From: Dendrobates tinctorius
Lineage: Eukaryota
DNA: 64,000 nt
Direction: 5' to 3'
Assembly (NCBI RefSeq): GCF_039654945.1
Contig: NW_027361819.1
Span: 5,890,001-5,954,000, forward strand
Of this stretch, positions 38,456 through 52,129 are shown one piece after another (position 1 is the stretch's first letter; every line of letters begins with the position of its first letter). Both the position numbers and the translations under genes were made by a program. A model generated the notes under the pieces. It had not been told where the DNA came from, did no database searches, and saw only the letters and a program-made list of their open reading frames with translations.

Positions 38456-41400
38456 CCTTGAACAGCCGGTCGAGGGTGTGCGAGATGTGAGCACGTTGTG
38501 CATTTGGAAGCCCAGATACTGGATCTAAATGTGCAACTGGCAACACTGAGATCCATAGACAATATGGAAGGAGTCTTCTGCTCACTGAGCAGACGCTCAC
38601 TGGGATAGATGAGGGGGGGATGCTAGGTTGGAGCTGCAGGACAATGAAGCAGCTAGCAGGGTGACAGAAGGTGGGGTAGAGGGAAGAGCGCCAGGGAGGC
38701 TAGTCCTGATCTGACACACCCCAATAAGTTTGCTAAGTTGGCAGATGAGGGTAATGTTAGTGCAGGGGTAGCACTGCTGCAGCAAGGCATGTCCTCTGAA
38801 AGCCGGAGGAGCGTCTGCTCCAGTAAGGGGGGAAATAGGAGAGCAGGGCAGGCCAGACAGGTTCTGGGAGTGGGAGACTCCATTATTAGGGGAACAGATA
38901 GGGCAATCTGTCACAAAGACAGGGATCGTTGAGCGGTGTGCTGCCTACTTGGCGCTCGAGTCCGACACATCGCTGATCGGGTTGACAGATTACTGGGAGG
39001 CGCTGGTGAGGATCCAGCGGTCATGGTGCACATTGGCACAAATGACAAAGTTAGAGGTAGGTGGAAGGTCCTTAAAGATGATTTCAGGGAATTAGGCTGT
39101 AAGCTTAAAGCAAGGACCTCCAAGGTGGTATTTTCGGAAATACTTCCTGTACCACGTGCCACACCAGAGAGGCAACGGGAGATTAGGGAGGTTAATAAGT
39201 GGCTCAGGAATTGGTGTAGGAAGGAGGGGTTTGGGTTCCTGCAGAACTGGGCCGACTTCTCAGTTGGCTACAGGTTCTACGCTAGGGACGGGCTGCACCT
39301 CAATGGGGAGGGTGCAGCTGTGCTGGGGGAGAAAATGGCTAGAAGGTTGGAGGAGTGTTTAAACTAGGGACGGGGGGAGGGTATTCCTTTTATAGGAGGG
39401 GAAGACAGTGCAGATAGAGACCTGGGCACAAATAATGAAATTGGGGGTGGGGGTGGCATGGGGGGTGGGGCTAGAACAGTTTATAATTTAAGAAAGAATA
39501 GAGGTACAGAGAGAAACATAAAGTGCATGTATACTAATGCCAGAAGCCTTGCCAACAAGATGGAGGAATTGGAGCTAATGTTGTTGGAACATAATTCTGA
39601 CATGGTGGGGATATCTGAGACATGGCTGGACGAGAGCCGTGACTGGGCGGATAATTTACAGGGCTATAGTCTGTTCAGAAATGACCGAACAAATAAGCGA
39701 GGGGGAGGGGGGTGTTTATATGTAAAATCATCCGTGATAATATATATGAATCTAATGAAAATGTAGAGTCCCTGTGAGTAGAGATAAGGGGAGGGGGGAA
39801 AAATAATAAATTACTAATAGGGGTTTGTTATAAATCTCCAAAAATAATGGAAGCAACAGAGAATATCCTCATAAAGCAAATAGATGAAGCAGCGACTCAA
39901 GGAGAAGTCATTATTATGGGGGACTTCAACTACCCGAAATACATTGGGGAACCGAAACCTGCAGTTCAGCAAAGGTGATAGGTGTCTGACAACGATGAGA
40001 GACAATTACCTTTCACCACTGGTTCAGGACCCAACAAGAGGGGGGGCACTGGTAGGCCTAATATTAACCAACAGGCCAGACTGCAGATCAAATGTATGTG
40101 TTGGGGGTCACTTGGGTAATAGTGATCACAAATTAATAAGTTTTCATGTATCCTTTAATAAGATGTGTAGTAGGACACTAAACTTCAGGAAGGCAAATTT
40201 CCAACAGATGAGAGATGATCTTGGTGCAATTAACTGGAACGATATCCTGAGACATAAAAATACACAAAGAAAATGGGAGACGTTTATTAGCATCCTGAAT
40301 AGGACCTGTGCACAATATATACTGTATGGGAATAAACATGCTAGAAAAAGGAGGAGACCACTAAATAGAGCTGTAAGGGGCGCAATAAGGGACAAAAAGA
40401 AAGCATGTAGAGAATTAAAGCAAGTAGGTAGTGATGAGGCATTAAATAAATACAGAAAATTAAATAAATTCTGTAAAAAGAAAATCAAGACAGCAAAGAT
40501 TGAGACAGAGAGACTCATTGCCAGAGAAGTAAAAATAATCCCAAAATATTCTTTAACTACATAAATAGTAAGAAGCTAAAAAATGATAGTGTTGGCCCCC
40601 TTAAAAATAGTCTGGGTGAAATGGTGGATGAGGAAAAAGCCAATATGCTAAATAACTTTTTTTCAACAGTATTTACACAAGAAAATCCCATGACGGATAA
40701 CATGATCAGGGATAAAAATTCTCCATTAAATGTCACCTGCGTAACCCAGCAGGAAGTACGGCGTCTAAAAATCACTAAAGTTGACAAATCCCCGGGCCCG
40801 GATGGGATACACCCCCGAGTACTGCAGGAATTAAGCACAGTCATAGACCATTATTTTTAATCTTTAAAGATTCCATAATAACAGGGTCTGTACCTCAGGA
40901 CTGGCGTATAGCAAATGTGGTGCCAATATTCAAAAAGGGGACAAAAACTGAACTTGGAAATTATAGGCCAGTAAGTTTAACCTCAACTGTGGGTTGGAGG
41001 GTTTTCTAAGAGATACTATACTGGAGTATCTGGAGAAGAATAACCTCATGACCCAATATCAACATGGGTTTACAAGGGACAGTTAGTCAGACTAATTTGA
41101 TAAGCTTTTATGAAGAGGTAAGTTCCGGACTGGACCAAGGGAATGCAGTGGATGTGGTGTACATGGACTTTTCAAAAGCTTTTGATACGGTACCACACAA
41201 AAGGTTGATACATAAAATGAGAACAATGGGGATAGGGGAAAATATGTGTAGGTGGGTTAAGAGCTGGCTCAGGGATAGGAAACAAAGGGTGGTTATTAAT
41301 GGAGCACACTCGGACTGGGTCACGGTTAGCAGTGGGGTACCACAGGGGTCAGCTTTCGTCCAGCTTCATTTTAACATATTTATTAATGACCTTGTAGGGG

Positions 41401-41748
41401 GCAATATTTGCAGATGACACTAATCTCTGCAGGGTAATCAATACAGAGGAGGACAATTTTATATCACAGGAGGATTTATGTAAACTAGAAGCTTGGGCTG
41501 ATAAATGGCAAATGAGCTTTAATGGGGATAAATGTAAGGTCATGCACTTGGGTAGAATGAACAAGATGTATAATTATGTGCTTAATTGTAAAACACTGGG
41601 CAAAACTGTCACTGAAAAAGACCTGGGTGTATGGGTGGAGGACAAACTCACATTTAGTGGCCAGTGTAAGGCAGCTGCTGCAAAGGCAAATAAAATAATG
41701 GGATGCATTAAAAGAGGCATAGATTCTCATGAGGAGAACATAATTTTT

Positions 41749-43937
41749 AATTGGAATACTTCTGCCTCAAAAGCTGGACCTTGGTCTGTAAGTACTTTCT
41801 CTGGATAACCATGGGGTCTACAGAAGTGTTGTTGGAATGCTCTGGCTGCTGTCCTGGCTGTCTGATCTTTGACAAGCACAACTACCAGGAATCTTGAGTA
41901 GTGGTCAACGATGGTAAGAGCATAAAGGTAGCCTGAGCGGCTTGGAACCAGCTTCACATGGTCCAGGGCGACCAACGCAAGTGGCTGCTTGGTTGTTATT
42001 GGCTGCAGAGGGGCTCTCTGGCTATCACGGTCCTTTATGCGCAGGTTACACGATCCGCACTCCCGACACCAATTTTCAATGGCTTTCCTCATACCAGCCC
42101 AATAGAATCTCTCTCGGAGCAAAGCTTCCAACTTCTTCCATCCGAAGTGTCCAGCTCCATTGTGGTATGCTTCCAGGACCATTGATGCCTCTCTCTTCGG
42201 GATTACCACCTGCCTGACCAACTCATGAGTGCGAGCATTGACATTCCTCCAACACAGCTTCCATTCATAGACGAACAACCTGCCTATGTCTTTCCACAAC
42301 TGCTGGGTTTCTTCAGGAGCATCTGACTCTGGACGTGAGTCAGCTTGTGACAGTAACTCCTTCACTAGGCGGACTGCAGGGTCATCATCTTGGGTTGCTG
42401 CCCAGTCATGATGAGGTAACGGATTCAGAGTGGCTTCTTTCAGGACAGACCTTCTGTTTCTTACTTCTTGGGCACGTTGGGCTGCAAGTGGCCGATGGAA
42501 GGGGGGTAACTCCACTTCTTCAAGTGCCTCAGGGTCTTCTCCGGCATCTGGCAGATTAGGCATTCTGGACAGCGCATCTGCATTGGCATTCTTGTGCCCA
42601 GCTCGGTACTTGATGGTGAATTCGTAGTTAGATAGCTGAGCCATCCACCGCTGCTCCAGTGCTCCCAGCTTTGCAGTCTCCAAGTGAGTCAACGGGTTGT
42701 TATCCGTGAAGATGGTGAACTTGGCTGAAGCTAGGTAATGCTTGAATCTTTCAGTGACTGCCCAGACTATGGCGAGGAACTCCAGCTTGAAGGAACTGTA
42801 ATTGTCAGGGTTCCTTTCTGTGGGACGCAGCTTCCTGCTGGCGTAGGAGATCACTTTCTCTTTTCCATTCTGTACCTGCAACAGTACTGCTCCTAGTCCC
42901 ACGTTGCTGGCATCTGTGTACAGAACAAATGGCTGGTCATAATCTGGGTAGGCCAGAACTTCTTCTCCTGTGAGAGCCATCTTCAATAGAGTGATGGGTT
43001 CCTCCAACACCTCAGTCCAGTCAAAGGTGGAATTCTTCTGTTTGGCTTTCTTGGACTGCCCCACCAGAAGATTTTGCATGGGGGTGGCTATTTCAGTAAA
43101 GCCTTTGATGAATCTTCGGTAGTAGCCTACCAACCCGAGGAATTGACGTACCTCATGGAGGTTGCTGGGCTTCGGCCAGTCCAGGATGACAGTGACATTG
43201 TCAGGATCTGGTGCCACAGCTTCTGCGCTCACTACATGACCAAGGTATTGGACCTTAGGTTTCTGGAGGTGGCATTTAGAAGGCTTCACCTTCAGGCCAA
43301 AATTAGACAGAGCGTCAAACACCTCAGCCAGGTGTTCCAGGTGATCTTCATAGGTCTTGGAGAAAACAATTACATCATCAAGATACAACAGGACTGTCTC
43401 AAAGTTCTTGTGTCCTAGACAGCACTCCATCAGCCATTGGAATGTTCCTGGGGTGGTGCAAAGCCCGAATGGCATGTAGTTGAACTCACAGAGTCCCATT
43501 GGTGTTGTAAATGCGATTTTCTCCTTGTCTGCCTCTGCCACGGGAACCTGCCAGTACCCACTAGTGAGGTCCAAGGTGGAAAAGTAGTTAGCAGTTTTAA
43601 GTGCAGCTAATGACTCCTTAATTCTAGGTAATGGGTAGGCATCTTTTTGTGTAATGCTGTTAATTTTCCTGTAATCAACACACATTCTCATGGTACCATC
43701 CTTTTTCTTTACAAAGACTATGGGAGCTGCCCAGGGGCTGCAACTGTCTCTGATAACCCCAGCTTCCTTCATCTCCCTCAACATACTCTTAGCACATTGG
43801 TATTGTGTTGGGGGTATAGGTCTGTACCTCTCCTTGATGGGTGGATGATCACCAGTGGGGATATGATGTTGAACCCCTTTTGCCTGCCCAAAATCTAGTG
43901 GGTGTTTACTGAATACCCGCTCATATTCCTGAGTCAC
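41749..43937 (-). CDS. pol: Gypsy pol segment (RT-RNaseH-integrase), truncated inside the integrase core
   Basis: ORF 41727-43937; its last residues derive from the CR1 junction. Confidence 0.85.
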
Positions 43938-45862
43938 TCTGTAAACTCCATTTTTTCGTAGGTAGGTGTAGAGTCAGTTCCTACCTGCAGTTGCTGAGAC
44001 CACTCCTCCTGCTGCTTTACAGGGCCATTGTCCTCCACCTGGTCGGAGGGGACCAAGGGCTCTGCTGCCTGCAATGCGTTGTTACTAACAGTGAGCAGCT
44101 TAGGAATTGTGGCATACCGAGATATTGTTGCCTCCTCCTCCCCACAATTCAATACAGGTACTCTCCCTTTTTGGACATCAACTACCCCCCTGGCTGTCAG
44201 GACAGTGGGCCGGCTGTCAGAGTACACTGGTTCCACCAATGCCTGGTAATCTTTACCAATGAGGCCAATGGCTGCCCGACACCAAACCAACATTCCACAT
44301 CTGGGAGGTATTGCAATTGGAAAAGGATCACTCACTCTGACACTGCCGATTTCTCCGCCACGGGTAAGTTCAGAATCAGCCCAGTACCTTTTGTAAAGAA
44401 TGTACGGCATGGAATCACCTGGGAGCCAGTGTCCAGCAATGCGTTCAAGGGGATGCTGTCAATCACCACTGGGAGGATGGGTCTCCCTCCCATGTACTTG
44501 GCTCTCCAGTTCCTTGGGCCTGGTGATCCTACTCCTGGGGGTTGGCCCTCTGCCCCAGGGGTTACTCGTTTAAAGGACATAATCTGGTGAAATGGCCTGC
44601 CTTGCGGCAGCGGCGACAGATGGGACGTCCTTCCTGGTCATAGCGATTGTTGGGCCTTCCTCGAAGAGGCGGGATCCTCTTCTTCCGCATCCATGGGACA
44701 TCCTCTGGACTGGAGGCAAGCTGGATCTTCTCCTTGGAGGACTCCTGCAGGGACTGCACGGTCTTAGCAAGTGTAGCCATCCCTTTGGTCAACTCCTGGA
44801 CCTGGAGACGCAGCTCTGCAGATGGATCAGGGTCCAGAGTCTGAGCATCAGCCTCCACGGGGCTGAGAGGGAAGGACGTTGCTTCCTGATGGTAGGTGAT
44901 CGCTGGGCGCCTAGGGGGTGCTGGACGGTTGACAGTTGTTTCTTGCAGCACACGGATGGCTCTGTCTTTGAATTCAGCAATGTCCAGTTTAGGGTTCTGC
45001 AGGGTTATAATGCGCAGCTGTGCTCTGTGGGTGCTAGACAAGAGTCCTTCAATAAACTGCTCCTTTAAGAGTCCATCTCCATCTTTAACACCATCTGGAT
45101 CAATCTGTCTGACAGCCCATAGCGCCTCCTGCAGGTTGAGTGCATAGTCCCTTACACTGTCCTGCGCTCTCTGTTAACAGCCAAAGAACCTCATCTTGAT
45201 TTCGGCTGCAGTACGGGTATCAAAGGTGCTTCTCAGCTTAGCCAGGATTTTTTTAACAGTCTCTTTGTCAGTATCCTACCAGGCATTCACTTCTCTCTGT
45301 GCTGCACCTGTCAGCTGTCCAATCAGAATATTCACTTTCTGGCTTTCAGTCAGAGGGTAAACTTTGAATAAACTGCACAGTCTCTCTTTAAAGTCACTCA
45401 GGGTATGGGACTCCCCGGAGTACTGTGGTAGCCATGCGGCTCCCGGGATGTAAGGCATAGACAACGGCATTATGGGGACCGCTGCGCCGGGTGCTGATGG
45501 AGTTGCGGCGCGGATGGGCTGGCGGCGGCGCCCGCCGCTGCGTTGGCGTTGTCCTCAGACATTCTCTCCCCCCCTAGTAAACGTTAGCCAGGGCCGGAGG
45601 TTGAGCAGGCTTACCGGCAGGGTGATCAGGAAATACCGGAGCTGTAGACCTCTGCTCACTTCTCACGTGCTTTTCTCTTCCCGCTCGGCGCTGCACTGTT
45701 CGCGCTTCTTGGCAGGCTCCGCCCATGAAGGTCCTCCCCTTCGGCTTCCCGCGTGTGCCAAGCAGCGGGGCAATGGCGGCAATGGCGTCAACAGCTCACA
45801 GTACAGTCAATGGCACAAACACAGTCTCTTGCACACAGGACCCGGGGGTACCGGGCTCCGAA

Positions 45863-45880
45863 ATCCTGTTCGTGACGCCA
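45863..45880 (-). other. Primer binding site complementary to tRNA-Ser(CGA) 3' end
   Basis: Minus TGGCGTCACGAACAGGAT, 3 nt inside the LTR end. Complement of ...ATCCTGTTCGTGACG-CCA, the vertebrate tRNA-Ser-CGA 3' end as recalled. Confidence 0.75.
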
Positions 45881-47422
45881 AAATGGGTCGCCCTCCCAGG
45901 GCTGTGGGGTACTTGGTACCGGGCCGGTATCAGCAGGATGTGTCACAGTAGTGGTGACCTAGACCGTGGCCCTGGGTGCTCATGTAAAAGGGAGAATTGT
46001 ATAGAGTTTATGGATAGTTCGTGACGCCACCTGTGGTGCTCGGCAAGATAGATGTTAGGCCGACGCTGCATGCAGTTCCTCTGGGACCGGTGGTGTGGTT
46101 CAGCTAAGATGGTGAAGCTCCCCACAGGTGGAGCTGTAGTCCCAGGGCAGTATAGATGTGTGTAGTGGATGGCACAGGGATGTAGCAGTGCCGGAAAGGT
46201 GACAGCAAGAAGACAAGAACACAGCGGGATGCAGTTTCTGTACCTTTACTTGGTAAATGCAGTCCAGGGTCCTGGTTACAGATGGTACCAGAGCAGGCTG
46301 GCCTGGAAGCAACTCAGGAATCTCTCACAGAAGGGATTTGAAGTCTCCTTATCTGGCACTTTCTATGAAGAACTCCCAGTACTCAATTACACTGAAGTTC
46401 CTCCTTACTCTCATCCCTCTAGACTCCCCGTATGGCAGACAGCTGTAGCCGCTATTCCTCTCCTGGCTCACTCCGTGCTGTTGTGCCTCTGAGTCTTAGG
46501 TGAGAGTAAGGCATTTACAGCTCTCTACTCCTCTGGTGTCTGTTGCAGGACCGTTAGTATCCAAACAACCGTGGAGACCAGGCTCCAGTTCATGCGATCT
46601 CACTGGGACTGAGCTCTCACCTTCCTCAGTCTCCCCAGCTCCTTCTCCTAGTCTGCACTCTTCACCCTCTCGGCAGAACTAACTAACTCCCTCCCCGGGA
46701 CCTCAGAGAAAAGCTCTTTCCCTAGTTTCGGTTCAGAGCTCCCTCTGCTGGCCCGGAAAGGGAACAGTGTTGCATGTGTTGATTAACTGTGAGAGAGACC
46801 CTTTATTGCCTCCAAGCCTGGCATTACCCTCCCTGGAGGAAGGCAAAGCCACTGTGGCGGCCATACTCCTGGGGGCGCCACACTTACACTTGGGGTTATT
46901 TAGTTTGGAAAATCGAAGGCTTAGGGGTGATCTTATTACAATGTATAAATATATGCGGGGATAATACAAAGACCTTTCTAATGATCTTTTTACTCTTAGA
47001 CCTGTGACAGGGACAAGGGGGCATCCTCTACGTCTGGAGGAAAGAAGGTTTAAGCATACTCACAGACGCGGATTCTTTACTGTAAGAGCAGTGAGACTAT
47101 GGAACTCTGCCATATGATGTTGTAATGAGTGATTCCCTACTAAAATTTAAGAAGGGACTGAATGCCTTTCTTGAAAAGTATAATATTACAGGGTATATAC
47201 ACTAGTTTCCTTAATATTGCGTTGATCCAGGGAGCTAGTCTGATTGTCGTTTGTGGAGTCGGGAAGGAATTTTTTTCCCCAATGTGAAGCTTACTGTTTG
47301 CCACATGGTTTTTTTTTGCCTTCCTCTGGATCAACATGTTAGGGCAAGTTAGGATAGGATATGGGTTGAACTAGATGGACTTAAAGTCTTCCTTCAACCT
47401 TAATAGCTGTTACTATGTTACT

Positions 47423-49823
47423 CTCCAGGAAACAAGTCATGCTCCGGATGTCCCCGGATGAGGTGGGCTTCAACATCCTGCCTGTTTACGAACAGATCGG
47501 GGGCTTTCCTAGAGTTCTGAAGAAAGACCAACCCCCCTCTCCAGGTTGAAACAGAGGACTCTGCCCCAACCCATAGGGTTCCAGCTCTCTAAGCGCTCTC
47601 CCCGGGCCTGGGATTTGCCTCTTAGATCCCACTCCGCTAAGGCCATCTTCTGTTTTTGCGTCCCTCTCCTCCTGTTCTAATTTTAGCACCTGCCTGCAGC
47701 AGAATTCTTTATTGGTGATGGGGAACCCCATTATGTCATTTCCCTCCTCCTCCCAACTGGGGATCTCCGGCCTGCTGCGCGCTGCGGGAGATGACGGTTG
47801 TATTGGGACTGGTTTCAGAATTCCTCCCCTGGGCATAACTTTCCTGTCCCAGGCGATGTCCATGACGACCTAGCCGGACTTTGGGGTTGGTGGTAACCCG
47901 ATGGGGCCTAGCAGGGCGTCCCATGTCCCAGGAGCGGCAGCCGTACCTGTACCTCCATAGCCGCTGTCATCCTTCCCAGGCTCTGGCATTGCAGGGACTG
48001 TTGCGGCAGGTACTGGTGACGGTGGTACCTGGGGACTGGCAGTGGGTACCAGTGGCGTTGGTACTAATGATCTGGCGGTCTCCTCCTGAGCAGCCTGACA
48101 TTTTTGTGCAATGAGAGCCTGCCACTGGCACAGACTCCTGCTCAGCTCCTCAATCTCCTGCTCCAGATGCTTCAGGTCAACATCCTCCACGGGGCTGGAG
48201 CCTGATTCCACAGAGCCGGGAGAAGGTTTCATTTCTCCTCCGCACTCCACAATCCTCCCTCCGCTCTCCATCATGGCCTCCTGGTGTACTGGCTTCTCCG
48301 CTTCTTTCTCGCCACTGAGCTTCTCTCCACCCCTGGGGGCGGTGCCTTTTTCCTTTGCTGCCATTCCAGGCCAGGATCCAGACCCCTCTTGAGGTCAGCC
48401 ATAATGCAGTTACATAGAAGTACAATCAAGGGAGGTTAATTCTGTTTCACGATCTTCCTTGGGTACCGCCCACAATGGCACACCTCACTGCACACCTCGT
48501 GGGACTGCCATAGCAGCTATCTTTACAGTCAAAATCACAGTCCAATAAATCTGTTCCTCTGCACATTTTGGTTTGTCATTTATCAATTCAGTCAAATCTC
48601 TGGCACACAGGACCTGGTGTCACTGTGCTTCAATATCCTGTTCTTGATGCCAAGCTGGAGCACCCGCCAGGGCAATGGGGTACTTGGTACTGGCTGCTTC
48701 TCAAAGGGGACAGTGTCACAGTGGCGGTGACCCGGTCCGTGGCCCTGGGTGTCCAATAAAAGGGATATATTTACAGGGGATGAAAATAAAGAGTTTAATA
48801 AGTGTTTGTGATGCCACCTGTGGTATCTGGTCAGAGGCGACCAGCGCTGGAATGCAGATCCTTTGGGACTGATGGTGTGATGCAAAAAAGTTGAAGTAGC
48901 TCTCCACAGGCAGAGCTTAGTCCCAGAGCAGATGGAAGATGTTGAGAGAGAGAAAGATGTAGTGTGAAGCAAGGGATGTAGCAGTGCTGAGTAGGTGACG
49001 CAGGAAGAAGGCAGAAGACAGAGCTGAATGCAGTTCCAAAGCTTTACTCACAGTTCTGGTGCACACAGATGCCCGCTTGGTGCTACATCCTCCGGGTGAG
49101 GAATCCAGCCAACCTCCAGGCAGATAGAGAACACCTTTCCAGAACTCCCTGTCAGTATATGCCTTCCCTGGCCGTCTTTGTTGCCTTCTCGCCTCTTCCT
49201 ACACAACACCTCACAGTCTCCCAGGCCAGCAGCCGCGGACCTTGTCGGATAACATGCACAGTTCGTTTCCTTGCTCCCTTTTGGCTGTCTTTTCGGTGAA
49301 GATAACTGGTTAGTGGCTGTGGCCCCTACAGTTGCCACAGCTGTCGGCTTGATAGCTGAGTCCTGATGTCCACTCCACTAGGCTAGAGGCCAAGACCCTT
49401 CTGCGACCTGGATTTCCCCCACATGACATCCGTCAGCATGGAACGAGCCCCACGGGGAGCTCTCTCTCCACCCTTGCCTCTGGGAGTCCCTTTCCCACTT
49501 CAGGGAACTTCCTTCAGTCACCTTCCTTCCCAGCAGCTCCTGCTAACTGGGAGTTGCACACACGTCCTCTCATTTCTCCCCAAGGAGGGAACTGATCCTA
49601 ACTTCCTTCAGTTCTCTTGCTCTCAACCTAAGCTCCTCCCACCTCCCAACACCCTTTATGATCCAAGCAGGGATCATCCAGGGTGCCCTGCTACTCTAGG
49701 GTGCGTGTTGGTTGTGTGTGTAAGATTGTGGTCTGGTGTCTGCAGCTTACGTGGGCATGGGATACTACGCCTCTGGATGAGGTGCAGTACCTCTGTGGTG
49801 ACTGGACCCTCAGGGGCGCCACA
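47423..49823 (-). mobile_element. Second Gypsy-related element: 5' LTR (48656-49823), degenerate PBS (48635-48652) and start of a gag-like coiled-coil/Pro-rich ORF
   Basis: TG..CA LTR; PBS-like atcctgttcttgatgcca; ORFs 47870-48364 and 47486-47863. Confidence 0.75.
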
Positions 49824-50489
49824 GAAGCAATTGCCTCTTGAGTCAGAAACAAGATATATTGAAGGGAATGTGTCACCTGCAAATTTATTTTTGAAGAAAT
49901 GTAGATTATTCATGCTTTTAATTAAAAAAGTACAAAATATGAAAATTAATTTAAAAAGTGTTGCTATTTTTCACTTCTTAACAGGGGGAGCAAGCTGGGG
50001 AAATTTGCCATAAAAATTTAGTGTAGTGCTAGCTCGCATTATGACTGTAGTAAAAGTGTGTGGGGTCAGCTAACATGTCTGATGTCTCCTGTGCGCCCCT
50101 TCTGGGTGTCTGTAGAAGGGACCTCCTGTCGCTGCTTGCACTGAGCGCTGTGAGTGGTGACAGGAGGTGAGCTGTGAGCTACAAAAAATGGCACCTGGCT
50201 CCCCCTCAGCTGTGACCTAGACAGCCAAGGGGACATGCCCGGTTTACAGCTGGAGATAGCCACAGTGTAGGACATGCGTTTAGACACTGGCTGCAGTCTC
50301 CTATGCTCGGGGGCTGCTATATTTGCAATAAGTGTTGTGATCAGACACACACACCAAAAAATAAAAATGGTCACCCCCCTAGCGGCTGAAGAAAGAAATA
50401 ATAAATAAAAAAAGTTAATTTTGTATTAGAAGTAATTGATTATCTAATCAATAATTATTAATACAAACGTAAAAATCGCTGCACCTTTT

Positions 50490-51360
50490 TGTTATTACTA
50501 TTATTATGCATTTATATAGCGCCATTTATTCCATGGCGCTTTACATGTGAAAAGGGAAAATATAGACAAGTATAATAAACATGTGTAAGACAAGGGACAC
50601 ACAAGTACATAAGGAGAGGGGACCCTGCCCGCTAGGGCTCACAGTCTACAGGGATGGGTGAGGATACAGTAGGAGAGGGTAGAGCAGGTCGTCGGGTGGT
50701 TCAGTAGACCGAGGATCATTGCAGGCTGTAGGCTTGTTGGAACAGGTGGGTCTTCGGGTTCTTCTTGAAGGTTTCCGTTGATGGTGAGAGTCTGATGTGT
50801 TGCGGCAAAGCTTTCCAGAGTATGGGGGAAGCACGGGAGAAGTCTTGTATGCGGTTGTGGGAAAAAGAGATAAGGGGGGAGTAGAGAAGGAGATCTTGGG
50901 ATGATCGAAGGTTGCGTGTGGGTACGTACCTATAGACCATGTCACAGATGTATGGAGGAGACAGGTTGTGGATGGCTTTGTATGTCATGGTTAGGGTTTT
51001 GAATTGGAGCCTCTGGGCAATAGGAAGCCAGTGAAGGGCCTGGCATAGGGGGGAGGCTGAGGAATAGCAGGGAGACAGGTGGATTAGTCAGGCAGCAGAG
51101 TGAAGAATGGACTGGAGCGGTGCCAGAGTGCTAGAGGGGATGCTAGAGAGTAGGAGGTTGCAGTAGTCGAGGCGAGAGATGATAAGAGCATGCACTAATG
51201 TTTTGAGGTTTCGTGGTTGAGGAATGAGCGGATCTGGGAAATATTTTTCAGTTTGAGGCGGCAAGAGGAGGCAAGGGCTTGGATATGTGGTTTGAAAGAG
51301 CGCAGAGTCGAGGATCACCCCAAGGCAGCGAGCATGCGGGACTGGGGAAAGAGAGCAGCC
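50490..51360 (-). mobile_element. L2-clade LINE 3' fragment
   Basis: LVHALIISRLDYCNLLL, TYKAIHNLSPPYI and FKKNPKTHLF motifs; (AAT)n-like tail near 50495. Confidence 0.88.
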
Positions 51361-52129
51361 ATCTTCCCTTTAACTCAACTTCAAAGCCACCTCACATTTC
51401 CATAGGAAATTGTTGTCTAATGAGTTTTTCTCTTTCCAAATCTCTATTGTTGGAACCTGAGGATGGAATAATTCAGTGTGAGGGAATTAAAGCTACAATC
51501 CCCACAAGGTGGTGACATTCACCACTCTACTAACAAGGAAGAACCACACTGTCCATCTCTGCCACAACACAGAGAAGAACAAATCTAAAGGTGGGAACAG
51601 AGTTACATATTACATGAGTTTGGCATGTATGCATTTACTTTTCTTTATGAGCACTTTATATTTTACCACTTTTTATTTGTTGCCCTCTGTTGATTCTGGG
51701 ATTTTTTGTCATGCTTATGTACTATGCATTAAGTTAGAGCTGAATGGGATAAGTATATTTAATTTTATAGTTGGTCTAATTTTACTTATGTATCAACTTT
51801 TTTATCTGTTTTTTATAACTTGGTGACGCCATGTGTGCACAGTGTTATATAACTAATTAATAATAAAGGTTTTTTCGTAATGATGTGCCTTACGTCATAT
51901 TTTTATTTTCATTCCTATGGATTTAGTAACTTTCTATATCTGATACCGAATGGTCTGCCATTCAACTTTTCCCAGCAGAGGAAATATTTTAATTAGGGGA
52001 ATTTTATTAATTTTATATACATTATCTTGTATATCTACTCTGCTGTGTTTACAGGTGGGAACAGAGCGCACAATAGGGTGACACCTTAGGGGGGGAGATG
52101 GTAGGAGAGGGCAGGATACCCTCACCTGG

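Larger units (their letters stand above)
41749..46882 (-). mobile_element. Ty3/Gypsy retrotransposon, 3'-truncated (5' LTR, PBS, gag, PR, RT, RNase H, partial IN)
   Basis: LTR 45884-46882 with TG..CA ends. Gag zinc knuckle CRRCRKAGHFTRLC; protease LLDTGS; RT YLDD; RNase H TDAS; integrase HH-CC and LDH/TDQG. Stops and frameshifts in gag-PR. Confidence 0.95.
36373..47422 (+). mobile_element. Near-full-length CR1 LINE family A (5'UTR, ORF1 Zn-finger + SGNH esterase, ORF2 APE-RT, 3'UTR) split by two insertions; degenerate
   Basis: ORF1 starts at ~36589 (MFSTIANAIQCTSCHMYEIL) and resumes at 38460. Esterase motifs GDSII, HIGTND, DGLH at 38870-39300. APE motifs YTNARSL and GISETW. RT at 40800-41748; resumes at ~46883 to the tail at 47422. 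Confidence 0.88.

Noticed and set aside
43991-45951. Several long plus-strand ORFs
   Set aside because: Antisense shadows of Gypsy gag/pol.
49423-50013. 196-aa ORF and similar ORFs at 30210 and 33346
   Set aside because: They lie within Gypsy LTRs and the frames are not conserved between copies.
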